Assembly (NCBI RefSeq): GCF_964194025.1
Contig: NC_134473.1
Span: forward strand, 71,734,001-71,798,000
DNA: 64,000 bases
DNA from: Convolutriloba macropyga
Taxonomy: Eukaryota
Direction: 5' to 3'
Made by a program: the position numbers and the translations under genes. This document shows, one piece after another, positions 51,431 through 63,459 of the stretch (within the stretch, counting starts at the first letter, position 1; every line of letters starts with the position of its first letter). Below the pieces are notes generated by a model that saw only the letters and a program-made list of their open reading frames with translations, did not search any database and was not told where the DNA came from.

Positions 51431-54261
51431 AAACATAACGGACTAACGTCGGTAAAATTGCTCTCAAACAACCGGTGAGCGGTTGGCTTCGTCAGTAGCT
51501 AGCCACGTTTTAGAGAGACTAGCTTTAGCTTGATTCGACTCTGCAACTTTTAGTTTTCAAGCCTTGTTAGTAAACAAATAAAACCGACATTTGAAAAAAC
51601 TGCAAAATTTAAAAGAAAAGCTTCCAGATTTCGCAGTGAAAATGTTCAAAACAATTTTTGTCTCTGGAATTATGTCAAGTAACCCATCTGCAAGACTTGA
51701 AAAGCCTCGTTGGCCAGTAATGATCGTTTAACTTAGAAAAGGACAAAAATGGTCAAATATTTTGCAAACAAAATTTTATCAAAATCCTGCTAAGACTCGG
51801 GATATTAATATCTTCAAAACAATTTTTTTGTCTCAATAGCCTATCCAGTATCCCTATTTCAAGCTTTAAATAGTTTCACTAGCTCATAAAGATCCATAAA
51901 CATGGTACATGATAATTTTCCAAAAATTTGAAAAATAAATTAAATTTTATTAAAAAATGCTTAAGCTGGAGTCATTAAAAAATGATAACCATTTCATTAG
52001 TTCTAGAAACTATGCAGCAGCTTATCATCAAGCCTTGGAGGAGGTTCCTAGAAACCTCGTGCCGGAAAAAATCAAAACGATTCAAAAAAACTTCAAAAAG
52101 TTCAGTTTTTTTGAAATTGCTGTTATTAAAAACTTGAAGAACAATCTACTACATGTAGAAGCTATGCAGTAACCAACCATAGAGGCGATTATATGGCTGT
52201 TGAGGCTGGAAAAACATAAAAAATGACAAAATTGATAAAGAAAAATGACGAATGAAAAAAAAACCTGAAAAAAACTGCAAGTTGCATAAAAAACTGCTAA
52301 AATTTCCGACAATAAAAGTTAAAACTAATCCATAGCCAAAAATATCAAGTAACTTACTATCAAGTCCTAACGGAGACTTTCTGTTAGGCTGAAAAACCAG
52401 AACAATAACAATGTCAAAAAAATTGAAAAAATGCAGGTTTGGTAAAAAGAAATAATGCTAAAATTCGTAGTGTTGAAATCTTGACAACCAATCTATTACC
52501 TTTAGAAGCTATACAGTAACCTATTGTCAAACCCTGGAGGCTTTTGACGCCGAAGAAACCGAAACCTGACATATTCTGTCGAAAAACTTAAATGCACGTT
52601 TTATAAAAAAAAATTGCTCAAACTTGTGATATTAATTTGAAAGAAATTCCATGGCAAAAAAATTTTATTCAGTAACTTATTATCAACAATTTAAGGAAGT
52701 TTTCTGGCCCCTGCATCTGGAAAGACGAGAATAATGAAAACTAAATGTCAAAAAAATCGAATTTACAAAAAGATGTTAAAATTCGTGATGTTAAAATGTT
52801 GAAACCATTCCACTACCACTAGAAACTATGCAGTATCTTATTATAAAGCCTTAAGGAGGTTCCTTGACACCTAGGGCTGCAAGAACTCAAAAAATGACAA
52901 ATGTCAAAAATCTTGAAAAAATCAAATAAGTTTTAAAAAAATCATTAAACTCGTTATATTAAAATCATCAAAAACATTTCATTACATCTAGAAATTATAT
53001 ATTAACCTATTGTAAAACCCTAGAGGAAGTTCCTTAGCTCTTGAGGCCGGAGAAACCTAAAACGTGACAAAATCTGTCGAAAAACTTGAAAAAATGCAGG
53101 TTTTATTCAAAAAAAAAATTTGTCATATTAAAAATATTGAAACCAATTCCATGGCAAAATAATTTTTTTCAGTAACTTAATATCAAAATTTTAGGGAAAT
53201 TTTCCGGCCCCTGCTTCTGGAAAGACGTGAATAATGAAAACTACATGTCAAAAAACCTGAAAAAATTTGCACGTTTTGTCGAAAAGATGCTACAATTCCT
53301 GATGTTACAATGTTGAAACCATTCCACTACCACTAGAAACTATGCAGTATCTTATTATAAAACACCAGAGGATGTTCCTTGATACTTAGGGCTGAGAAAC
53401 TCAAAAAACGACAAAAAATTGTAAAAAAGCTTAAAAATGCAAACAAGATTTAAAAATCATTTAATTCGTTATATTAAAATCATGAAAAACATTTCATTAC
53501 ATCTAGAAATTATATATTAACCTATTGTAAAACCCTAGAGGAGGTTCCTTGGCTTTTGAGGCAGTAGAAACCTAAAACGTGACAAAATATGTCGAAAAAA
53601 ATGCATGTTCTATAAAAAAGCGCTAAAATTTGTCATATTAAAAAATTGAAAATTCCTTGGCAAATAAAATTTTTTCAGTAACCGGTTATCAAACCCCTAA
53701 GACGCTTTCTGGCCACTTCGTCTCGAAAGATGTGAATAATGAAAAATAAATGTCAAAATTGAAAAAAATTGAGACTTATGCAGTAATATATTATAAAACC
53801 CTAGAGCTTTCCTTGACACCTAGGCCTTAAAAAACTCAAAAAATGACAAAAATTTTCAAAAATCTTGAAAACAAATTGCAAAAATTAGTATAAAATTGCG
53901 TATTTCTAGCGATCAACTATCAGTAGCCACGGGGTGGGATGAGGTGATTGCGGAGGGTGGTTAGCAACAGTGGGATGGGGGACGACAGCGTGGTGGGGGC
54001 GGGGGGTCAACAGTGGGGGTGTCCTCAACCCCTCTAAGAACAGCCCTTCACAGCATAAGTATAAGTCTCCAAAACAGTTTGAGCTGAAACAGAGCTGAAA
54101 GGCTCTAAGAGCACTTAATGCCCGCTGGGCGCTACCTGTTTATCCCGTTTTTAGGACGAAAAGTCAAAAGCGTCAGACGAAAAACCGGTCAAGCAAAAAA
54201 TCGCATAAAAAAGACCAACAGGACTAATATAATTGCTACAATCTTCGTTTGAGAGCAATTA
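51431..54261 (-). mobile_element. Long HINE-D with a central tandem-repeat array (about 51800-53880)
   Basis: subTIR AATTGCTCTCAAAC 51456-51469 / GTTTGAGAGCAATT 54247-54260. Degenerate units of about 120-130 bp (ctagaaactatgcagtaac..tattatcaaaccctagaggag). Confidence 0.8.
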
Positions 54262-54662
54262 ATTAGCCTAATCATTTTGCATCGACGGTCATAAGCACGC
54301 GCAAAAAAATATTTTGTAAAATGACTTTCAATTTTTCACAGAAAAATTAAACTTAAGCCATTTCATCCGTTCCACGCTATTAGTGATACACTAAAACTTC
54401 TAGGTTACACCTGCCGTCAAACGTCAGTTTATGCGAAACAGATATTTATTTTGAACAAACTTGTCGTTTAGTCCAACCAATTAACTGAAAGTGACTCTGT
54501 GATAGTTTCATCTGGTGTCAGGACAGTTTACTCAATGCCATTTCACCCAATGCCAACTTCATTTTACCAATTGTTAAAATTATAAGAACAACTATCTAGC
54601 CGACTATATAATTAAATGGCCCGTTGGAATTGATATGAAACTATCACAACTGAACATGGGAT

Positions 54663-55186
54663 AAACATACCCGGCATATCGGAAAATAGCCGCCGTTGAT
54701 TCCAATAAGCATGATTGCGATTGAAAGAATAGATATTGAAAAAAGAGATTTTTGACGTACAATTAAGAGAATTTTCATTGACTAAACAGAAAACTAGACC
54801 TAGAACTGACTATGAATGGATTGGTAAAACCATTTAGAAAAAAATCCGATCCAAAAAAAAACGAAAACAGTATAAATCAAAGTCAAATTGCCGCATGTGA
54901 ACAAAAAACCACTAGCGAGAAAGCGAATTTTTGTTCAAACACCATTTTCTCACTCTACTTTAAATTTAGAGCGAAAAAATTTCACGCCGCAAAACCACTC
55001 CTTTTTCGCTCCACTTCCTGTTTCGGCGTGACCAAAATCACTACTCCAATTTGACTTCAAAAATCATGAAAATGTGTGAACAGATCTTAAAAAAAAGACA
55101 ACCCCCCAATACAATTCAAATTCTTTGAATTGTAAAAAAAATAGGAGCGCTATAATAGCCGGCTGAGAAGATGAGGGCGGCTATTA
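54663..55186 (-). mobile_element. Internally deleted HINE-A1 + HINE-B composite
   Basis: The A1 left end is fused at about 54753 to B (which ends at 55134), followed by the A1 right end. Confidence 0.8.
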
Positions 55187-55987
55187 ATAAATGGCTATAT
55201 AATTAAATGGCCCGTTGGACTTTATATGAAACTATCACACACGAACGTCGGATAATTGAACGAAAAGATCAAAGAGTAAAGGGTAAGATGGCGTTGGGTA
55301 AAATGGCAGGTTGGGTAAAATATCATTGCGTAAAATTACATTGGATAAAATGGAATCGGGTAAATTGTCATGTAACCTTTCATCTATATAGAATCTAACC
55401 TTAGATGCAAAACCGCGCGTACTTGAACTAAAACCGCTGATAAATTTTCGATAGAAAATAAGAACTCGAATTGATATGATTTAAAAATTTAGAACAAAAA
55501 TTAAATGAAACTTATACGAAGAAAGAGTGAGTGGGTCAGAAATATGAAATTTTTTGAAAAACGCAAGGCTAATTTTCTTTTGAAATGGAGAACATATTTT
55601 GGTAAATCAATTCAGTTAAAAACTTTTCAGTGATACAATAGAAGCGGAACGATGTTTACCCACGCAATCTGATGCTTGTCGCACCAAATGAGCAGATTGT
55701 TCAATCCCTTATTCGAGGTCAAACAAATCTCAAAATGTTTCAAGAGGCACACTGCATTTTTTGGTCACCCTGATAAACGTTTAAAAAATTAACACCCATG
55801 ATACGATAAGTGTGGAAAAGACTGGTAGTCTTAATGAAATGAAAATATCTACCCCAAGTTTAAGCGAGAATCTGGCTGTGTGAAATAATGAGCAACGTAA
55901 AAATTTAAGTCTCAAATTTTCTCTTAAGGATAGATTCAGTTTTTCAAGAACTTTGCAGGTAATTATCAATTGATGTTAAAAATAAAT

Positions 55988-56374
55988 ATCGACCGGCTAA
56001 CGTCGGATGAATTGCTCTCGAACGACAGACGGGGGCAATTTATTTAGAGGGGCGTAGCTTAGAAATTTTATATGGATGCAAGAAAACTTCCCCAGAGGGG
56101 TTGGTTCGAACCGGTACTTCCAGGTTGGCACCCTGACATCTTAACCAATCAACTACGAAGGCTTTGATTTCCTTTCGCTCACAACCCCTTTAACCAACAA
56201 AGTATATTTCAGAACGAGAGCAACTTAGATCACTCAAAAATGAAAAACTAAAGTGCTAAGAAGTCACCCAAGAAGTCAAACAATATTCTAGAACAAAAGC
56301 GTTAAGCGAAAATTGTGCCTAAAAAGGACACACAAGTTTACATTAAATGCTTCAAACTTCGTTCCAGAGCAATT
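55988..56374 (-). mobile_element. HINE-D subfamily with a tRNA-like internal segment (56093-56162)
   Basis: Hairpin/subTIR termini. On the minus strand: A-box-like TAGTTGATTGG and B box GGTTCGAACC. Confidence 0.7.
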
Positions 56375-56406
56375 AGGCATATATATAGTTAGATGTATGC
56401 ACTAAC

Positions 56407-56568
56407 ATTTCCTGCTACGAGCCACAAAACTCTGGTTGCGCTGTGTGGTTGGAGCCTCCGCTGTTTTACTGTTCGCAGATGGCAAGTCATCTTTTGAAGA
56501 CATTCGACGTTTGGGATCCCAACGCGATGGCAAGAGGTCCAGGCTCTTCCGGAGGCCACTTCTCGAAC
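56407..56568 (-). CDS. Internal exon (SRSGLRKSLDLLPSRW...VARSRK)
   Basis: aaatgtccag| acceptor, T|GTTAGT donor, 162 nt, phase 1 to 1. Confidence 0.85.
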
Positions 56569-56848
56569 CTGGACATTTAAAATTAATTAATCTCAGCCAG
56601 CGCAAAAAATGATTTATAAGATCCGATATTGAGGAAAACATTTGAGTGTTGATGAAATTAAAAAGACAGCAACCGTGAAACGTAAGTTAATAGCATAAGA
56701 TAAGTTAAAAACAGTACATCACATTACACCACTGTTAGACTTCGAATTCTTCCACCAAGCAGCCTTATTAGGGTTTAAAAGAGAGAATTGTTAGATATAA
56801 AATCTCGCCCAACCCTCTGAATAACTATCTTATATATCGCAATTCAAT

Positions 56849-57792
56849 AAACATACCCGGCAGATTGCCGGAAAATAGCCGCCGTTGATTCCAATAAGCA
56901 TGATTGGGATTGAAAGAATAGAAGATATTGAAAAAAAAAGAATTTTGTACAAAAGAATTTTTTAAGTCCGATTCATTTTGATGGCATTTCGTAGTTGAAC
57001 ATACTTCTGTTTCTTAGAGAGAGGCTACAGGGGCTACTATCAATACCAATAAGCATAAGAGATGGTAACTAAGACTTATAGGAACGACGTTCAAATAGCG
57101 GGCATCTAAAATTGGGCTTTATGGGTTTATCCCGTTTCTACTTCTGACTTCAATTTTTTATACTGACTCTGTTCATTTTGAATTGCTTTGCTGAACAACT
57201 GATGTTCAAAATCACTTTTAGCAGAATGAGAGAAGAGGGAAACTAGCCTAAAGAAGTCAAAAAGATATCACGCAAAATGTTGAAAAAGCGGCAAAATGAG
57301 GTAAAGCGAAACATTTTTTTATTCGACGAAGTAAAAAAACATAGCAGGACAAGTCCTGACGTACAATTCAAAGAATTTTCATTGACTAAACAGAAAACTA
57401 GACCTAGAACTGACTATGAATGGATTGGTAAAACCATTTAGAAAAAAATCCGATCCAAAAAAAACGAAAAAACAGTATAAATCAAAGTCAAATTGCCGCA
57501 TGTGAACAAAAAACCACTAGCGAGAAAGCGAATTTTTGTTCAAACACCATTTTCTCACTCTACTTTAAATTTGAAGCGAAAAAAATTCACGCCGCAAAAC
57601 CACTCGCTTTTTCGCTCCACTTCCTGTTTCGGCGTGACCAAAATCACTACTCCAATTTGACTTCAAAAATCATGAAAATGTGTGAACAGATCTTAAAAAA
57701 AAGACAGCGCCCCAATACAATTCAAATTCTTTGAATTGTAAAAAAAATAGGAGCGCTATAATAACCGGCTGAAAAGATGAGGGCGGCTATTA
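56849..57792 (-). mobile_element. HINE-A1 with a full HINE-B inserted (57337-57740)
   Basis: Colinear with 47017-47559 except for B in the A-run after CGACGAAGT. B has a perfect 17-bp subTIR (57362-57378 / 57724-57740) and hairpin CAGGACaaGTCCTG (57345-57358). Confidence 0.88.
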
Positions 57793-59131
57793 ATTACAAT
57801 CTTTGAAGACGCACAACATACTTCGATTTCATGGCGCATGTTTTGGTCGAATCGTAAGGAGACAGAAGCCATCTTTAACAGCCCTACATTGATCATAAAC
57901 CTATCAGTGCGCACCCTAGCACTAGGAAATGCCCGACTAGAAACAAATAGAGTTTGTTACCCGGGGCAATGCAACCCTACCCAATTAACTAGAATTCCCA
58001 GACAAGGAGATTGTCTAATGTGGGATTAACAAAATTAACTGGTGAAAGCATTCATGTATTCAAAATGCATTAACATACACTTGGTAAATTCAGCTTCTAT
58101 TGATATTTTCCTTCCAGCTTTGTTGAACAAGCGTACGTAATTTATCCATTTCCCAATTTTGAAGCCTTCCTAAACGTTGAATGGAAAAGGAAACAGGATT
58201 GATTAACGGGAAGCTCATTATGCTTACTGTAGATTTCTGAATCAAAGGAAAAACAATCTGCCGTCGCTTAAAATGGCAACGCGCTCTACAAAATAACAAT
58301 TACTTCCTAGGAAAAGGAATGACGAAATAGCGTCGACGCCTTCTGACTAATTAATGCATACTAACCCTCAGAAATAGGTATACTACTTTCTATCAATCGC
58401 ATTTCTTGACATTATTCGGCTCTATATGGTAGCGCCACCTAAGTACGTCACCCGTCGCGAAGAATTCTTCACGCTCGATCTATATTAACATAGAAAATCA
58501 GTACTGATTCATGATATTTCAATTCTGTATTTTTATTACCAAATTCTGACTATCGAGCATGAAGACTCAGACTCAAATAAAACTTATAAAATATTCACTA
58601 TCTGTTAATAGAATGAACTCAATTCTGATGAGAGATACCATATTGACCATGTCACTTTTACAATGTCACCTTAAAAAATCATATTTAAAATTTTGAATGT
58701 CTGAAATACCCTGCCCAAGGGTGTTTTCATGGCCACTTTTGGAATCGAAATGTTCAAATGTCAAAACGGTTTCTAGTAAGGAAAACGTGCCTTACCTAGT
58801 CTTTAAATGGAGTTTAAAAAAGTACAGATAGAATGAGTGCTTTGACACCAACAGAATGCAATTGAGATATATAAAACAGCAATGTTATGAGACACCAATT
58901 GACCAAGTGAAAAAAGAAACTGTTTCTTTCTGCTACCCCTCCCGCTATATTTGGACCCTCCATAAAAATTTACGCCAATAAAATGGTAATGGCTAAACCC
59001 ACCTCTTAATATGCTATGCAAACCAATGTCAGTGCAATAACAATCATCAGTTTGTTCACGCGTAACATTGAAAAAAGTGTACACGGAGGGGAAAAGAAAC
59101 AGTTCCGAGAATATCAAATTCAGACTCAAAC

Positions 59132-59440
59132 CATCTGTGATTGTCTCTTTAGTCTTGGACTCATCTTCACTCTGATTGGATAGATTGTTTTCACTGTTTG
59201 TACCAATCAAATTTCGTGGACTTTGCTCTGAGTTATCTGAGCCGCCGTAAATGACAGAGGCATTATCACCAGACGAGGTATTAATAAGACCTTTATTACG
59301 TAACGTTTCGTAATTGTCAGAGGTTATGACATAAGTGTCACTAGTTATGTCATTACTATCAGCTTCTTCCTCATTCTCTTCACTCAGCACTGGCAGGTTA
59401 TCAAGAACTGAGTCGACTTGATCACTGCTCTGATCAAATT
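59132..59440 (-). CDS. Internal acidic exon (FDQSSDQVDSVLD...KETITDG)
   Basis: catttgggcag| acceptor, G|GTTTGA donor, 309 nt, phase 1 to 1. Confidence 0.85.
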
Positions 59441-60235
59441 CTGCCCAAATGCCAACAAAGTTAAATCGAACATTCATATTTCTTTATCTTTACTTGCAGT
59501 TAATACATTAAATTAATCCTCGGAGTTGTTACTTAATCAAAAAACGAAGCAAGCACATCTGATTTGAGACAAACTAATTGTGCCACAAAAAGGTCCCTTG
59601 AACTCGGACCTTTGCTGTTAATGCCCCAACTCACTAATCACTTATGCCTTATCCTTAATATTGGGGGAGAGGAGCAAATATACTGTCGTTCGAAGCACTC
59701 CGAGGGAGGTGGGGGGAGGGGCGGGGGGGGGGTGGGGATTGACGGAGAAAATTTCAGGATTTCCAGTGCCAGTATTTAACGAAAAAGCAGAAAATCCGAC
59801 AGCACCCCAAATCTGATGGTCCTACAGAAAAGTGACAATTTGACAGATCAGATTAGCTGACCAATTGAAGATCTTGTCCACAATTTTTTTTCGTTGTCGG
59901 GTAACCCCCCCTGGTCGCCAATATTCATAGCACTATTGGTTTTCGTCATTCTATTGAGTTTAGCATGCGCGTGCGCGGAACAACTGAACACTCCACTTTC
60001 AGTGGCCAATAGATCTCTCGATCAAATTCTATTAAATAACTGCGCACATTTTTCATAACGGGAACAAATTGTTGAAACAACCCTATCTTTTTACCAACAA
60101 AAAATCAACTGTCCTTATTTCTCACTATCTTCATAGGTTTCTGGCGTCTGAACAAATTTCCATTTTCCAAAACATTTTGGTTGAAACTTTCTTAGACCAG
60201 GATTCGAGTTTCAGCGATTAACGAGAAAATCTAAC

Positions 60236-60596
60236 CTGAGTGCTGCAGTGAAGTTTGCATTTTATTGACGCCATCCTGCAACTGTTTTCCTTCGAACAGA
60301 GACAGAGGTCTATCCTTGACCCCCGAAACCACTCTCTGATTCGCGTACAACCCTCTTCCCCCTCCACCCAGGGGAGGCGGATGCTCAGCTGGACCCGGTT
60401 GCTCGCTGGTGGAATTGGATGATGTCGAGGACACCAGATCTGAACAGGACGAGGTAGGTTGTTTGGAATCGGGGTCGTGCCTTGAGGACATCGCCAACAT
60501 TGACGAATATCGGAACTGACCCAAGGCATTATCAGCTGACGGATGGAGCAGCTGCTGCGCTCGTAATTCATACTCCACCAACTGATTAGATGACTC
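60236..60596 (-). CDS. Most upstream exon found (ESSNQLVEYELRAQ...SLQHS); the gene probably continues upstream
   Basis: ttgtgatttcag|GAG acceptor, G|GTTAGA donor, 361 nt, phase 0 to 1. Confidence 0.85.
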
Positions 60597-62199
60597 CTGA
60601 AATCACAAGTTTGGTACGAAGATATCAAACTAATGCGCTTGTGCACTTAGGTCACACGTCAATTAGGACAATTAAAAACTATCAACTGTACTTCAAAGTC
60701 CATCATTGCCACTACTAATCCCAGCACCAATGATACCATCCTTTATCATTCATTGCGTCTTTGTAACAATAAAATCTTGCAGAAATAGTTCTAACTCCGC
60801 AGAACTGCACTTCTCATAAGCTAATTGCCGTTTGATGTAATAAGCAAAATTGTTGATAGCAAATGAAAGCCGACAGTTAATATTATAGTGACTCATTCTG
60901 TTGCAATAGAAAGTAACCCAAATTATTCTAAGTTTGAGCATGAAAACACTGCTGTGTAACAAAAAGCAGAAGAAACCCAAAATTCAACATGGTATGACTA
61001 TAATGAGAACTGTTAAGCTAAGCATTGTTTCACTATCTTCAACCATGAACCAGCGATGCTAAGTTATTCTTAAAAGTTATGAAACAACTTGTACGATCCG
61101 AGTACTCAATTGACGTGGCTTCTACTTCTTGGATATCATATCGCTCATTTAAAAATAGATTGAAATATGTCGCTACAATTACAAGAAAATTTTGAATAAT
61201 TTCTGAAACAGAAAGTAACTCTTCAAAAGATAGAAACGCGTCTTTGATATCACTTTCGAATGGATTTGAATGAACTAACTAATAAAAAAAAAGCTGGAGC
61301 GATAATGATGACGTAATGAAAAAGGACACGAAGACTAAGTCAGTAAAAAAGGGGTTCGACAACCTAATTTACACCCATACAGTAAGTTCCAAAAGCCTCT
61401 GGAAATTACTCTCAGCTACGTGAAAAAGGTTTTATGACAACTGGAGAAGCCAGAGGAATTCTGAACGTATGCCCCCACCACCCCCCCCCCCCCCCCAGTT
61501 TTTTTTTGAAATTTAAGTCTGAAAAAACTTTAACTTGCCTTTTTTTAATGATCTTTCCAAATGCACATCAAAATTGAATAGTATCAATTGTATAAGCTTA
61601 ATAAGTTTTACTTCCCGTTCTCTCAGTTCCATCCCCCCACCTTTTGTGCACACGTATCCCGTACATTTTAAGGCTTTTAACCGCTAAATTAAACAGAGCG
61701 TTTGAATTACAAATTTAAATATCAAAACAAAGTTCTTGAAATTGGCAACTGGCAGCATTTAATGATACCAATTGAGTTCTCGAATACTGATAATTCAACG
61801 TCAAAACTTCTTATAGTTTCCAACACAAATAGTAATCAGTGAAAACATTGCCGGATGAATTGGCGGATGAATTGCCGGATGAATTGGTCTCATTGAACGA
61901 GTGATGGGTCATCAAAACCTGCTTCAGAAAGGAGACGGACTTTTAAATGCTTTCATTAAGGCCAAATTTACAATCTATACGTTGAAAAAATGAAACCAAT
62001 TTCGGCACACTTTCCATTAGGCTTCGAATAGCAAACGGAGTCAATCCGCTTTTAACAATGCAATACGCAAACAAAGAAGTCAAGCGTGAAAAAAGTCCCT
62101 GGCGAAGACATCAGGAGAAAAATAGCCAGGCAAAAAAATCACACGGTTTGCCATATGCCTATGAAGGGCGCAGGTTTTAGAACCTTCAGCTAAAAATTT

Positions 62200-62660
62200 G
62201 AAACTTGAAAATTGCAAATTCTATCAAAAAATCAAATTTTGTGATATTACAATGTTGAAAAGCTTCCATTACCACTAGAAAAAAAATGCAGTAACCTGTT
62301 GCCAAACACAAAACTTGGAAAAATTTGTCTTATATAAATGTTAAAAACCTAGACAGTAACCCACTAAACTAGACAGTAACCCACGGTTAACTCTAGAAGA
62401 GGTTGCAAGTCCTCTATACAAATTCAAATAGAAAAAAACAAAGTAAAAAAAAAACTTGACAAAATTTTTAAAAAAATGCTAGTTTTACCAAAAAATTGCT
62501 AGAATTCGTGATAAAAAACCTTGAAAATCTTGAACACTAGAAAATATGCACTAACCTATTATCAAACTCCAGAGGAGTTTCACTGACCCCTGAGGCTGCA
62601 AAAATCTTTAAGAAAACTCGAAAAAAATCGCAAAAATTATATATCATTTTGCGTGTTTAT
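62200..62660 (-). repeat. Fragment of the HINE-D central repeat array
   Basis: Same unit as 51800-53880 and 30560-31040. Confidence 0.65.
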
Positions 62661-62959
62661 CTTTGTAGTACCAAAAGATATAGCTCATAAAATGGTCAAA
62701 AAAGTAATTATATCTTGCAAAAGACTTTTATCAACTTTGCCAAACGTCAATTCAAAACTGATCAAACAAAAACTCGAAAAATGACAAAAAATTCAAAATT
62801 GCGCCATTTTGGGCTCCAAAATTCTAATAAAGACCTTTTAACCTTGAAAAAAGGCTTTCCAGTGTAGCTGTACGACTCTAAGCAATTGAAGGGCTACTAT
62901 AGCCGGGTTGGCGCCCCTAATGAAACTTACTGTCCACTGTTCATCACTTGTTTAGCTCC

Positions 62960-63459
62960 TTTTGAAAGATCAAAGTTATGAAAAATGTGTAGAAACCTCT
63001 TACAAAAAAAAGACAGTACCAATACAACCCAATTCAATACAACATAGCAGGACAAGTCCTGGCCTAAAATTCAAAGAATTGTCATTGCATAAACAAAAAC
63101 TAGACCTAGAATGGACAATGATTTGATTGGGAAAACCATTTAGCAAAAAAATTGTGAAAATTGAAAAAAACTGAAAACAGAAGTCAAATTGCCGCACGCG
63201 CACAAATATCAAAAAAGAGAAAGCTGATTTTTAATCAAACGCCGTTTTCTTACTCTACTTAAAAATTCGAGCAAAAAAGTTCTTTTCGCTCCACTTCCTG
63301 TTTCGGCGTGGTCAAAATCACAACTCCAATTTGACTTAAAAATCATGAAAATGTGTGAAGAGGTCTTAAAAAAACGAGTGCTCCCAATTAATTCAAATTC
63401 TTTGAACAAAAACCAAGAGAAGTCCAATAATAGCTTCAGCTATCTCTTCGTGGCTATTA
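62960..63459 (-). mobile_element. Tandem HINE-B end, HINE-B (63039-63406) and A3-type end
   Basis: AACATAGCAGGACAAGTCCTG at 63040; ends aattcaaattctttgaa then accaagagaagtccaataatagc...ggctattaa. A similar degenerate B+A end lies at 42670-43073. Confidence 0.7.

Noticed and set aside
56093-56162. Functional tRNA-Gly gene
   Set aside because: The acceptor stem does not pair and the segment is embedded in a repeat; treated as tRNA-derived.
58803-59131. Hydrophobic C-terminal half of the 224-aa ORF as a transmembrane region
   Set aside because: It lies past the 59131 donor; composition switches abruptly to intron-like.
178-63427. The many 60-125 aa K/F/N-rich ORFs in the track
   Set aside because: They fall in HINE or other AT-rich repeats, or are antisense to real exons; no motifs or splice support.
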